Source: Vairimorpha necatrix (taxonomy: Eukaryota). Taken from it: a stretch of 64,000 nt of DNA. The stretch is taken from the NCBI GenBank assembly GCA_036630325.1, contig CP142727.1, positions 248,001-312,000 on the forward strand. The letters run 5' to 3'. Numbering within the stretch: position 1 is the first letter of the stretch; each line of letters begins with the position of its first letter. The notes under the pieces are model-generated. The model made no database searches. It saw only the letters and a list, made by a program, of their open reading frames with translations, and was not told where the DNA came from. Shown here piece by piece: positions 1 to 10,754 of this stretch. The position numbers and the translations under genes were made by a program.

Positions 1-5
1 GACCA

Positions 6-653
6 GTGCAGTTTATTTTCGTAGGAAGTGACAATAGTATTTTTTATGATAATAAAAAAATAAAAAAAATTAAATGGGAAAATCGCAAGCTTGAACACAC
101 TGCTGGAAAAGTTAAAGATAGATCAAAGATATATCAAATAGGCCTATTTAAACATGCTGATTTTTATCGCCCTAGGTACAAGAAATTGTTTTTTAAGCCA
201 ACTAAAGAAGCTGTTTCTATTAAATCAATACACAATAAACCCCGTGAAAAAGAGTTGAACTATTCTTTATGCAAAAATAATGTGACTAAAACAAGAGAGA
301 TTACACGGAAGAACGTAAAAAATCAAGAAGAAATAAAAAAACTGAATGTTAAAATTGTAAAAGAGAACAATTTTAAAAACAAAAAAAGTGTTGATTATCA
401 CAATAATGAAACCAATGTTGAGACTGAATCAAAGACTACGTTTCTAAAACAATGTTTATATTCAACTGATGGCAATGAATTTAGTTCTAATAAAGAAATT
501 AGCAATGAGGATATAAAAGACTCGAGTGACGATCAAAATAAATTAATTTCTGCACCGCCCAACGCCGGAGATCAAGATGGAAATAAGGCTTTAATCGTCT
601 TGTTAATGATCTTAGGGATTGCCATATTTATTTTTTATCTGGCCTTTAAGTAA
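6..653 (+). CDS. 5'-truncated hypothetical protein with K/N/E-rich stalk and C-terminal transmembrane helix
   Basis: ORF begins at the window edge (GTG is probably not the true start). It ends in hydrophobic ALIVLLMILGIAIFIFYLAFK, and AATAAA overlaps the stop. Confidence 0.6.
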   Translation: MQFIFVGSDNSIFYDNKKIKKIKWENRKLEHTAGKVKDRSKIYQIGLFKHADFYRPRYKKLFFKPTKEAVSIKSIHNKPREKELNYSLCKNNVTKTREITRKNVKNQEEIKKLNVKIVKENNFKNKKSVDYHNNETNVETESKTTFLKQCLYSTDGNEFSSNKEISNEDIKDSSDDQNKLISAPPNAGDQDGNKALIVLLMILGIAIFIFYLAFK

Positions 654-2951
654 TAAACATTTTTTTATATTTTATCGAATTTACAGCTTTAAAGCTCTAA
701 GATGTTCTTTTTAAATGTCTATATATTCTTTCGATTTTTTGCATATTTTTTCACGTTCTAATATTTGGAATGGAACTAGTGACTAACAGTAAAAGTTTGA
801 AAAATTTAGAATCAAAAACATCATAAAATAGGAATTGGCACATTTTTTAAAAAATCATATGTTCTTTTTTTTTTGTAATATTTATAATGATCATTAACCG
901 CTTTAAAAAAGTACAATAAGAATTATCCATATAAATGTGTAAAATTACTTAGATAATATCTATCAATTTTTATTCTTTAGGCATCTATATTGTATTTTTT
1001 GATTTAAATATTATCATGTATGAGTAAAAATGCATTATAATTCCATACTCAATGGCGTGTTGATCATATTTTGTGAGGAACGAAAAACAGTGCTCGAAGT
1101 ATTTTTTAAATGACATATAGGCCTAATAAACAAGAAAAGGTAAAGTACAAGGAGTATTTTGATTATAATATTCCTGGAAACTTTAAAACAAAATTATAGC
1201 AAGCAAGAGCGAAGCCGAAATCTAGGGAGCACTTGGCCAGCCTTAATGATTAAGATGTAACTATACAATAATACCTTTGTAAATTTTTTTTGAGCTATTT
1301 TTATAAATGTTCAATAATACTTTCAGTTTTAATCTTTGAATTTGAAAATAAAAAAATATACAACACCTATAACTTTTCTAAGTGCAATTATAACGCATTA
1401 ATATGAAATTTTTTAATATTAAATAGTTTGGTTTATAGAAAAATATTAAAAAATCAAAACTATAGAATCAAAATATTATTATGTTATAAATAATTATAGT
1501 AAAATATTTTTTTTTTGCAATCCGTATATTTTTATCGAACGATAATAATTATATATAAGATTCTATTATGGTTTGTAAGTAAATATCATAGAAAGTAGAA
1601 CATAAACGTGCTAATCCAGCCCTCTCTCATAGCAGACACCAGGTTGATTTGCTGAAGAAACTTGTTTGAATTTCTTTATAAGGCGATAAATATACGGACA
1701 GAAACTGTTTAAGAGGAAACGGCTAGAGCTATAAGTGCACTAGCTGAGAGAGAATTTCTTAAGAAAAGATAACTGTATTATAATGGATTTGCGACGTTGC
1801 ATAAGATCATCTTAGATAGTAAGGTTAAAAACTTCGGCGAGCTTAATTCCATGGCAGAATACAGGAAGCATTTACCAATTACAACAAAAAAATCATGTAA
1901 ATCGTTTAGAACAAATTTATTTATCTACAAGAAATGTGTGATTTTACACGATTCAATAAATAAATTTTATATTATTTCTAAGTCTATAAGGGTTTTTTTT
2001 CACAAGTAATACATAGGATAGATAGAATATATTTAGTTAAATGGTATCTTATAATTATATTATTAATAACCTCAAAATTTCTATCGTGAAAATAAGCAAA
2101 CTGTGGGTAATTATTGATGCCAAGTGTCTGTTCTTATAATATTCTATGCAATTATTATTTAAAATCTATAAGTCTATTATTTTATACAGGATCTATAAAC
2201 TTGATAATATTACATTTAAAATTTAACTTGCAATATTTTTTATGAATTAATTGTAAAACATTAAATACTTATTGTAAAAATAAATTTTTTTTATCATCAA
2301 GAATTATAAAAGTCTCATTTAGTTCAATGGATTTGAATAGAGGTATGTGTTTTTTTAAAATATCTTCTATCCGAAGGCGTAAATAATTGTTTAATTTGTG
2401 TAAATTATTGTTTTCTGATTCTTTCGGATCTTTGAATTTGTTTTCTTTTGTGAATTTCATGACTTCTTTTATTTAATTTCATAATTGTTTATGACGTGTT
2501 GAAAATATTTGACATCAAGAATTAAGTCGATATAAAATACCGATCAATTCTTTATTAGTAAATGTGGCTATGGCAAGATTATACCAAATCCTTCACTTCT
2601 AATTTTGAATAGAACTTCTCAATGCAACTCATTTCTTTGGGGGGGGGGGGGCAAGCCTCAGTATGCTTAGGGGATTGCCCTGACATGTTAATTTATAGAT
2701 CTTTCGGAGTATATTTTTGAAGGTTTAAATGCAGTACTAAGCTGCAGAATAAGACAAGGCGTAAAGAATGAGAAGCAAAGAAAGAGAACGAAATTTTATT
2801 GATTGTTTGTCAAGTAACAACAACGAATGACTCCTTTGATTCAATATTAAATTATTTATTTTTGGTATGTTCTAATTTTTTTTTATAACAATACTACTAT
2901 ACTTCAAAATTTATCATTTCGTATTTAAAATATTAAAAAACAACCCATTTT

Positions 2952-3737
2952 ATGTGGTTTAATTCTTATTACGCTCCTAGTGAACTCAGCCCAGATAAAA
3001 TTAACAATCTACTTATTAAAACTGCTGAATACATTGTAGATTATAAAAATCCAAACATTTACTTTGAAAGATTAAAAATTCTTACAATTCTTAAAATATT
3101 GTTATTTCCATTGATGTCAAATGATAATCTACAACTATATGGTGAAGAAGAAATTTTTATCAATGAAAAACTAAAATTTTTTCAATATTTATACAATAAA
3201 AAGATTGAAGATAAACTTGAAGTAAATGACAACGATTTTTCACTAAAAAATCTTAATGATAATTCTGATGCTTTATATAATGTATTTTTTTATAAAAATG
3301 AAGATCAAGATAAATCACAAGTGTATATTCCAGTTTTAGAATTAAAACAGGATAAAATGAGCAATTCTCGTTTATCTCAAGAAGTTTGTGATGAAATGAG
3401 TTATGAATTTTACTTGAAAGATATCAAAAATATTGAAAAAATTAAAAGTAAAGATATTAGGAAATGGAATAGTGGAAAGTGTCTGGTGATGTTTTTATTC
3501 ATTGAAAAACTATTAATGAATTTATCGGCACTAAGTTTTGATCCTATAACTCCTACTTTAATGAGCAATATGGAAAATTATTTGAAAAGCCAAATTCTTG
3601 AATTTTCAAGAAAAAAAGATCCAAATGCGGGAAGAAACTATTACAACGATTTTGAAGAAGTAGCGAATATAATCATATGTCAGATTGATAAAATTACGGA
3701 TATTATAGAATATATAGATACGATAATTAAAAAATAA
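2952..3737 (+). CDS. hypothetical protein (261 aa)
   Basis: Long ORF; CCC motif (caacccatttt) precedes the ATG; AATAAA overlaps the stop. Confidence 0.7.
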   Translation: MWFNSYYAPSELSPDKINNLLIKTAEYIVDYKNPNIYFERLKILTILKILLFPLMSNDNLQLYGEEEIFINEKLKFFQYLYNKKIEDKLEVNDNDFSLKNLNDNSDALYNVFFYKNEDQDKSQVYIPVLELKQDKMSNSRLSQEVCDEMSYEFYLKDIKNIEKIKSKDIRKWNSGKCLVMFLFIEKLLMNLSALSFDPITPTLMSNMENYLKSQILEFSRKKDPNAGRNYYNDFEEVANIIICQIDKITDIIEYIDTIIKK

Positions 3738-4071
3738 ATTATATTTTTAACAAAATTTTAAATTGTCTAAGTTATTATCTAGAATTTATTATTAGAAGCG
3801 TAATATCAAATACTTTTAAAATAAAAAAAAGTTGTTAGAAATAGGAACTTCATTTAAAACCGCCTTTGATATGTTTAATCACAATATAACGAATTTTAAA
3901 ACGATAAATGTTTTATAAAGAGGATATATGCATATATAAGCGCAATAATACAACAATGTAATTTAAAAAAAGATAGAGATTTAGGTCGATAATGTCTATA
4001 CAATACGAGTATACTTATATAATATAAAATTATATTTGATTTTTTTTAAATAAAATGTTTATAATTATAAA

Positions 4072-4569
4072 TTAGCAAGATGATTTAATATAATTACCAA
4101 CATTAGCCATGGGAGGATTCTGGATCATTGGAATATTACAAGACTGAGTATTCTGAACAACATTAGATGGCATTACAAATGCAGGCTGAGTCGAAATATT
4201 ATTTTTACCTACCAAGTGCCCATTAGTTTCACACAAATTCTGTTGTAAGAAATTACTGACTTCTGAACATTCCATTTTCCCAGATTTTCGTGCTATCTCG
4301 ATCCCGTTTTCTCTTAAGATGGTCGTTGGGTATCCTTTTATATTGTCAAAATCGCAACTACAAACCTCACAATTAATTCTTTGAACTGTGATAGGTACAC
4401 CTTTTAACGATGCATTATAGGCCATCTTTTCCATCTCTGGCATGTATGCTTGACAAAATCGACAATAAGTTGTGTAGTATATCGACAAGACTATACCAGT
4501 ATTAATACGATCGCAAGATTCAATAGTCTGCGAAAATGTAAAAGACACAAAAACTAAGGAGAATAACAT
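4072..4569 (-). CDS. secreted/ER thioredoxin-domain (PDI-like) protein
   Basis: Signal-like N-terminus MLFSLVFVSF, CRFC CxxC motif, INCE and IKGYPT cis-Pro motif. First ATG is at 4569. Confidence 0.8.
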   Translation of the reverse strand: MLFSLVFVSFTFSQTIESCDRINTGIVLSIYYTTYCRFCQAYMPEMEKMAYNASLKGVPITVQRINCEVCSCDFDNIKGYPTTILRENGIEIARKSGKMECSEVSNFLQQNLCETNGHLVGKNNISTQPAFVMPSNVVQNTQSCNIPMIQNPPMANVGNYIKSSC

Positions 4570-5047
4570 GCTAATCAATGAAAAAACCTTTTTTATATTT
4601 TAATTTGAAACTGTTTCGGGTTTTTTGATATTAATTTAGCGAATTAAAAACTAGTTGAAAAGAAAGTAAAAACAATAAATTTTAAAAATAATTTAAATTT
4701 TATTTACGTTGTGAAATAAAGTGAAGTCAACATGAATCAAATTTTACACGTCAACACAGCCGAAGTAAGAAATCAAGATTGTTTCAGAATTTGATAATTA
4801 ATTAGTTTTGATTATCAAAATAAAGCGTTGATCATAAAATTGTAGGATTGATCATCATTAAGACATTTTTTATTGGTTATTGTGACTCTCACACCTCAAC
4901 TTACATTTCAATTTTAAGTCTAAATGAAACCTATTTCGCAGTAAATTTATAAAAATGAATCGAACATTAAAATACCGAGTAAAAAGTTTTACTTAATATT
5001 AAAAAATAACAAATAACATATGATGAATTATAACATATTTTAATTAT

Positions 5048-5455
5048 TCAGTCTTTAGTAGATTTCATTGGCTTAGAGGCACTTGGTTTAGATAAACAAG
5101 TATGAACTTCTCTAAGTGCCAATTTCTTCAATTCTCCTTTAAGTAATATTTCGAACGCAGCTACAATTTCATCAGCTCCAACTGTTTGTTTACTGACCTT
5201 TTTAGAGAATTCTGAGGCGACCTCTCCACAGCTAGAAATAATATCATAAGCAATAGCGCATAAAATGGCAATAGCCTGGCTGGTAAGGAAGACAGAGTTA
5301 TCTGGGTTAATATCCTTGGCGATTCTCTTAATAGCTGATTTGAACTGCATACCTGAGCATAAGTTAGACATTTTCTTCTTCTTCTTTTTGTCTCCTTCTC
5401 CTTGCTTAGTATTAATTGGTGCTTTACCGGTATTCTGTTTAGGTGCTTTATTCAT
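5048..5455 (-). CDS. H2B: divergent histone H2B(-like)
   Basis: Basic N-tail and histone-fold pattern FKSAIKRIAKDINPD...KQTVGADEIVAAFEILLKGELKKLA. ATG at 5455 follows a CCC motif. Confidence 0.8.
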   Translation of the reverse strand: MNKAPKQNTGKAPINTKQGEGDKKKKKKMSNLCSGMQFKSAIKRIAKDINPDNSVFLTSQAIAILCAIAYDIISSCGEVASEFSKKVSKQTVGADEIVAAFEILLKGELKKLALREVHTCLSKPSASKPMKSTKD

Positions 5456-6049
5456 TTGTAGATGGTAGGGCAAAAATCAAATTTATATTTTTTGGAGGTA
5501 AAACAACAAGAAAAACAATGAGAAAGGAGGGAAAAAACAAAAAGACAAAAAAATGATAGTAAAAAAGCAGAAAACGCATGAAGAATTTTGCTAAGGATAT
5601 TTGTAAACTTTATTTAATTTTCAAAATGTGTACGACAATTTCATGAAAAATTAAGGGATTTAAACATAAATAATAAGCTCAAATATGAGCTTTTGCTTCA
5701 AAAAATATGAGATTTGCTGTTTTTAAAACGAGCTGATCTTTTATTGATAGTCAATTGGTCAAAAATGAGATGTTTTTTTTTTTGACAAAACAAACAATAC
5801 GAAAAAATGGTTAAAAACATTGCAATGATGTTAAAATCACCCAAGAAAATCAATTAAAGTATTTAAATTTAATTTTAAGTCGATTTTTATCTTTTTTTCT
5901 TTTTATTTTTTGGGGTCGAAAAATAAATAAATTTAGCCTTATAGAAAAACAAATAAAAAAGAAAGAAGTCAAAAAAATACTTCGAGAGAACATCAGTAGC
6001 CAGAAATAAAGATTCTTTGTAAAATAATTTAATTTAGAATTATATTTAT

Positions 6050-7287
6050 GGTTAAGTTCTCGACTTACCCCCCCCCCCCCACCCCTAAAAAAAATAAAAA
6101 AGGGGGAAAAAATAAAAAAAAATAAAAAAAGGGGAAAAAATAAAAAAAAATAAAAAAACGTTTAATTCTCGACTTAACCCCCCTTACCCCCCCCCCCAAA
6201 AAAAAAAAAAAACAAAAAAACTATTCCACAATTGTAAAGTCTATTTCAGGAACAATATCATAAGCTACAATACTAAAATTACCTATTTGAAAAAATTCTA
6301 ACATTTTATCTAATAGATTTTCACGATATATTAATTTGAATCTGTTAATGTAAATCTTTCTTACAAGATTCATAATAGTACCATGACTAGTTCCGCCTTT
6401 TCTTAGTTCTCTTTTAATAACCGACCACATTCCCTCTATAGTCTGAGTATGCGCACCAGTTATATTATCAACAAAATTTTGGCTGTGATTCACAGTCAAA
6501 TGTAGATACTCATATTCTGCACAGATTGTTTGAATATCACTATATCCACGCCAACAATCTGTCACAATTGTGGTCCCCGGAGCAATTTTTCTTGTAATTA
6601 ATTCAACAAGAGTAGCTCTTGTTCTATTTTCTACGATCTCAAAGAAAAAAGAATTTGCATCCCCTCTCACAACGCCTCCAACTGCCCATACTTGATATTG
6701 AAGAACCCTTCCCGCATGGTTTTTACTTTTTACAAGTAAAGTTTCATCAATTTCAACAATACAACCGACGCCGCCAATCGTTTGATTGTTTATATATGTT
6801 GAATAAGAGACGTACACGGCGTTATTAAAACGCGTAAACCATCTTGATACCGTACATTTACCTATATCAAGTTCTAACGTGGCGGCCAAATTACTTGAAC
6901 CCTTTACCCATTCGCAAAGCAATATTAAAAGATCCTCAATAGGCAATTTTGAGTTCTTAAAAACGCTTTGTTTCATTATGGTTCCTTTGTTAGAACATTT
7001 TTTACCATCACGTCTTGAATAACAACGATAGTTTTCAGTGTTGGTCCGATTTTGAGTCATTGGTATATTGCATTTATTGCACATAGGGACCCTCAAAATG
7101 TTTTTTGCAATTAAAAATTGCATTAACTCATTTTTTTTATAGATGAGTTTTCTAAATTCTTTAATTCTCATTATGGGTCAAATTTTTTATTTTTTTTATT
7201 TTTTCCCCTTTTTTTATTTTTTTTTATTTTTTCCCCTTTTTTTATTTTTTTTAGGGGTGGGGGGGGGGGTAAGTCGAGAACTTAACC
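6050..7287 (-). mobile_element. complete Merlin (IS1016/ISXO2-like) DNA transposon
   Basis: ~105-110 bp TIRs starting GGTTAAGTTCTCGACTTACCCC; 8-bp TSD ATATTTAT at 6042-6049 and 7288-7295. Confidence 0.95.
6221..7171 (-). CDS. Merlin DDE transposase, uninterrupted ORF
   Basis: CxxC...C zinc motif, VEIDET, IVTDCWRGY, VNHSQNFV and HTQTIEGMWS motifs. Confidence 0.92.
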   Translation of the reverse strand: MRIKEFRKLIYKKNELMQFLIAKNILRVPMCNKCNIPMTQNRTNTENYRCYSRRDGKKCSNKGTIMKQSVFKNSKLPIEDLLILLCEWVKGSSNLAATLELDIGKCTVSRWFTRFNNAVYVSYSTYINNQTIGGVGCIVEIDETLLVKSKNHAGRVLQYQVWAVGGVVRGDANSFFFEIVENRTRATLVELITRKIAPGTTIVTDCWRGYSDIQTICAEYEYLHLTVNHSQNFVDNITGAHTQTIEGMWSVIKRELRKGGTSHGTIMNLVRKIYINRFKLIYRENLLDKMLEFFQIGNFSIVAYDIVPEIDFTIVE

Positions 7288-7361
7288 ATATTTATTAAAT
7301 AATTCGCCATTTTAATTAATCATATAAAATAAAAAATATTAAAGTATTTTTATTGTAAAAT

Positions 7362-7985
7362 TTACTCTTCTTCTTCGCTAACTTCCTCTTCTTCCTCTTC
7401 TTCTTCATTATCAGATTCTTCTTTTTTGCTATACTCTGCTTCTCTCTTCTCTTTGTTAATTTTATCAGCTTTTTCTTGATAAGCTGCTCTTTCTTCATCT
7501 GTGTAAGCCTTCCATTGTTTGGCTAAAGCAGAAGCCACGTCTTTCATCTGCGGCTTCTCTTCTCCCTCCTTGGGAGCCGAAAGAATTGGATATTGTTCTT
7601 TAAAATAAACATTATAGGCGCTCCGTGCAGTTCTCTTTTTTTTACCTCCCGACTTCTCTTCTGTGGCCAAGGCGTCTTTTTGTTTAAGCCATTTCTTGTA
7701 ATTATCAGTTTTCTTATAAGCTTCAAATTCCTTAAGATAAGCTTCTTTCTCCTTCTGGTATTCGCTTTTAATACTTTCTTTTTCGTCTTCGCTTACTGAT
7801 TTCCACATGTCGCCAAGTACCTTCCCTCGTTGGCCTATTGTCATGGACTGCAATGAGGGGTCTTTCGAACTTTGCTCCTGACCCCATCTCAAGTAAGGCG
7901 TTAAAGGCGCTTTTGGTGCATTCTTATCTTTAAGCTTTTTTACAGTCTTTTTTTTAAGTCCTTTTGCTGCAGTTCTTGTGGCCAT
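7362..7985 (-). CDS. HMG-box protein (two boxes, acidic tail; HMGB/NHP6-like)
   Basis: KDKNAPKAPLTPYLRW...LGDMWKSVSEDEK and RSAYNVYFKE...LAKQWKAYTDEERAAY; poly-E tail. ATG at 7985 follows CCCC. Confidence 0.9.
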   Translation of the reverse strand: MATRTAAKGLKKKTVKKLKDKNAPKAPLTPYLRWGQEQSSKDPSLQSMTIGQRGKVLGDMWKSVSEDEKESIKSEYQKEKEAYLKEFEAYKKTDNYKKWLKQKDALATEEKSGGKKKRTARSAYNVYFKEQYPILSAPKEGEEKPQMKDVASALAKQWKAYTDEERAAYQEKADKINKEKREAEYSKKEESDNEEEEEEEEVSEEEE

Positions 7986-8070
7986 TGGGGCTAAAATCAA
8001 AAAATAATAAAGCTGCGAAAAAGGCGGTTAAACGGAAAAAGTAAATTACAAAAAAACCCTATAATTTCTT

Positions 8071-8682
8071 ATGAAGGAAAATCATATTAAAAAACCCAGA
8101 AAGCCTTCATATGCCCCAGATACAATTTTTTATCATGAAAGATTTAGAATTAATAAAATTATTAAAAAATTAAACCAAAAAGGCAATAAAATTCCACTTA
8201 TAAAAAAATTTAAAGAATTTTTTATCGAGTCGCTTTTAAAAGATAAAATAATCAAAAATAAAAAAAATTATAAAAATTTTAAAAATTATGAAAAATATTA
8301 TAAATCTTATATAAAATATATTGACGAGACTGCTTGTTATTTAATTGAGAATTATGAAGACTGTGAAGAAGATATAGAAGAAATTAATGCAGAGAAAATG
8401 TTAGATAAATTTAAATTTAGATCTAATGGATTTTTTCAATATATTAAATATTCAATCTTAGACATGGATCTTAGTAAGCCAGAAGACGAGATATTTAATA
8501 TTTGTCTGTTAGAATGGTACGATATGAGCGAAAAAGAAAGGAAAATGTATAGAAAATTAGGATCGAAAAAACATAAATTTTACAAAGGATTGCCTGATGA
8601 CATGAGGAAAGCTGGACACATTATTGATAATATTAATGATTTAGACATAGAATGGGACAGTCAAGAAGAATGGATAGATTAA
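8071..8682 (+). CDS. divergent ('weak') HMG-box protein
   Basis: KKPRKPSYAPDTIFY and RSNGFFQY...EWYDMSEKERKMY resemble HMG-box helices; CCC precedes the ATG. Confidence 0.6.
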   Translation: MKENHIKKPRKPSYAPDTIFYHERFRINKIIKKLNQKGNKIPLIKKFKEFFIESLLKDKIIKNKKNYKNFKNYEKYYKSYIKYIDETACYLIENYEDCEEDIEEINAEKMLDKFKFRSNGFFQYIKYSILDMDLSKPEDEIFNICLLEWYDMSEKERKMYRKLGSKKHKFYKGLPDDMRKAGHIIDNINDLDIEWDSQEEWID

Positions 8683-8742
8683 AGATCAAAAGGTCTTTGT
8701 GATTCTAAATTATAATAAATTATTTATTTGTTATTTTATTTA

Positions 8743-8814
8743 GGACACATAGCTCAACGGCAGAGCGTCGGTCTACGGAACCGAAGGTTGAGGGTTCGAA
8801 TCCCTTTGTGTTCG
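8743..8814 (+). tRNA. tRNA-Arg(ACG)
   Basis: Acceptor GGACACA/TGTGTTC, anticodon arm TCGGT-CTACGGA-ACCGA, T arm GAGGG-TTCGAAT-CCCTT, then an oligo-T terminator. Confidence 0.95.
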
Positions 8815-8937
8815 GTTTTTAATCAAAACAAAGCACTTTACAAGTTGAAATAATTTATTTTTTTTAAAAAAACATATAGTTTTCATTTTTGTAACAAAAA
8901 AAATTTATTATAAAATATGATTTATTTGTTTTTTTTT

Positions 8938-9858
8938 CTATCTAATTTTTTGTCTTTTGATATTATAAAACAGTATTCCTAGGATACTTATTCCTAATCC
9001 AATATAATTTACACCATTTAACTCTATTTCTTTTCTAAACAATGATATAAAAATTATTACTAATTCCTTAATTATACTACTTATACTCAAAAACACTACA
9101 CTTGTTTTAGACACTAATGTAAATTCAGAACATATCAATAAGAAGGAAAATATCCCAATTCCTATTATAAATCCTAAATTTTTCATTGCCGATCTAGTAT
9201 TATTAAAAAATTCTGATTGGATAATTTCGTAAAATCCTTCGTAATAATAAGACATGATACATAATATGAAAGATATAGGAAGACTGAGATCTCTTATAGT
9301 CCCATACATTCCTCCTTTCTTAATACCGCGCTTTTCTAAGAGGTACTGAATAAACGCCCAACGGAAACCCGCCATAAAAGACGCGAATGAGATTATTCCG
9401 AAACCGGTAAAATCAAAATTCGAATTCTTAAAAGAAGTCATGAAGACTCCTAAACCAATGGAAAAAATAATAAGAAAAAACTGTACGGAAGGCTGTTCTA
9501 TACCGAATACCATCCCAGATAATAAAATAAAAACTGGTGCTGAAGATTTCACCATCGTATAAAAAGCCAATGAAACATTTCGTAATGAAAAAGAGCTTAG
9601 GCCTATATCCAATGCGCCAGTTATCGCACAAGGAATTGTGTAATACATAAATTTGGAATCTTTAGCGTAGTCTTTGTTCATTTTTATAATAGCAGAGCTT
9701 AAAATGAAATGTGTCAAGTTTTGTATTGAACTTTTAAAAAGTGGAAATCTGAAGTTGTAGGCTGTTTTTGATAAGAAATATTTTGTAAAGAATCCTAATC
9801 CTAGTGATGTAAAATAATAAAGAGTTATAAGACCAATTATTTGTATTGTTTTCTTCAT
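8938..9858 (-). CDS. triose-phosphate/nucleotide-sugar transporter (TPT family)
   Basis: Multi-pass membrane protein with FRFPLF, LDIGLSSFSLRNVSLAFYTMVKSSAPVF and GFRWAFIQ motifs. Confidence 0.88.
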   Translation of the reverse strand: MKKTIQIIGLITLYYFTSLGLGFFTKYFLSKTAYNFRFPLFKSSIQNLTHFILSSAIIKMNKDYAKDSKFMYYTIPCAITGALDIGLSSFSLRNVSLAFYTMVKSSAPVFILLSGMVFGIEQPSVQFFLIIFSIGLGVFMTSFKNSNFDFTGFGIISFASFMAGFRWAFIQYLLEKRGIKKGGMYGTIRDLSLPISFILCIMSYYYEGFYEIIQSEFFNNTRSAMKNLGFIIGIGIFSFLLICSEFTLVSKTSVVFLSISSIIKELVIIFISLFRKEIELNGVNYIGLGISILGILFYNIKRQKIR

Positions 9859-10254
9859 GTTTTGTTTATTTTAAAAATACATTTTAGAATATATTGATTT
9901 TTTTATCGTTGAAACATTCTTGTTATGAACAAACAAAGATGTTTCAATAGAAATATTTACTTTAAACATTAATATTTGATATATTTGCTTTATCAAATGA
10001 GTTTTTATTTAACTCAGTTAAAGATTAGTCGGTTTCAATATATTGAATAACCGTCTTTTAAAAAAAACTAGATTTTTTCATTCTAATTTTACAAATTGAA
10101 AACTAATTTACTAGAATAAATATTCCATTCGTTCATAGGATTTACATACTTCTCCTTTTCATTTAAAGGAGAAAGTTATACTTTGGTTGTATTAAAAAAT
10201 ATTTTCAATTATATTGTTATATAAAGTTAGTTAGTGTCTGTTGTTGCAAAGTCA

Positions 10255-10420
10255 TTATGAAATAATAGTTTCTAAGTAAGAAACTACCATTAGATGCCCG
10301 AACGGGAGCATAGTTAAGACATTGTTCTTAAATTAACATCACAAGCCTATATATGTCTACCAGATATGAACTTGATACTAAAAAAAGTCATTGTTATAAG
10401 CCAACGAGGACGTCTGAAAA
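10255..10420 (+). mobile_element. decayed 3' fragment of RLE-type non-LTR retrotransposon
   Basis: Nucleotide similarity to 12620-12730 (ttagatgcccgaacgggagca...atgtctaccagatatgaacttgatac). Confidence 0.55.
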
Positions 10421-10565
10421 AACATCCAAGGATCTGCACTTGAGAAATAGCGTTTTATTTTAGAAACCAATTCGATTTTTTATATAAATATTATTTTTGA
10501 TTTCTTGATATCAAAATGTGTTTAAATTTTTTTTTAGTATAAATTTTTATTTTTCTTACCCCCTC

Positions 10566-10730
10566 ACTCTCAAAGTTATCGGCTTTGATCAAGTGTAGTA
10601 TCTGTTCTAGTCAGCTTAACAACTGACTTATCCGCAAGGAGTATAATACTTAGAAAAGTGGAGATGTAAAATGAGAGATGTGCTTGCATAATCATCATTT
10701 TTTATAGATCTCTGGCATCTTAAGATGCTT
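10566..10730 (+). ncRNA. U2: U2 spliceosomal snRNA (3' end approximate)
   Basis: Conserved GATCAAGTGTAGTATCTGTTCT with branch-point-pairing GTAGTA at 10595-10600; stem I CAAAG/CTTTG; stem IIa AGTCAG/CTGACT; upstream CCC motif. Confidence 0.9.
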
Positions 10731-10754
10731 TTTTATTTAATTTTTTCCCCTTCT

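Noticed and set aside
1600-2010. Possible decayed LINE fragment or 70-aa ORF
   Set aside because: Motif resemblance is too weak, and the ORF starts with TTG without promoter context.
2952-3737. Possible distant homology to gene Y
   Set aside because: Only vague hydrophobic patterning; cannot be supported without a profile search.
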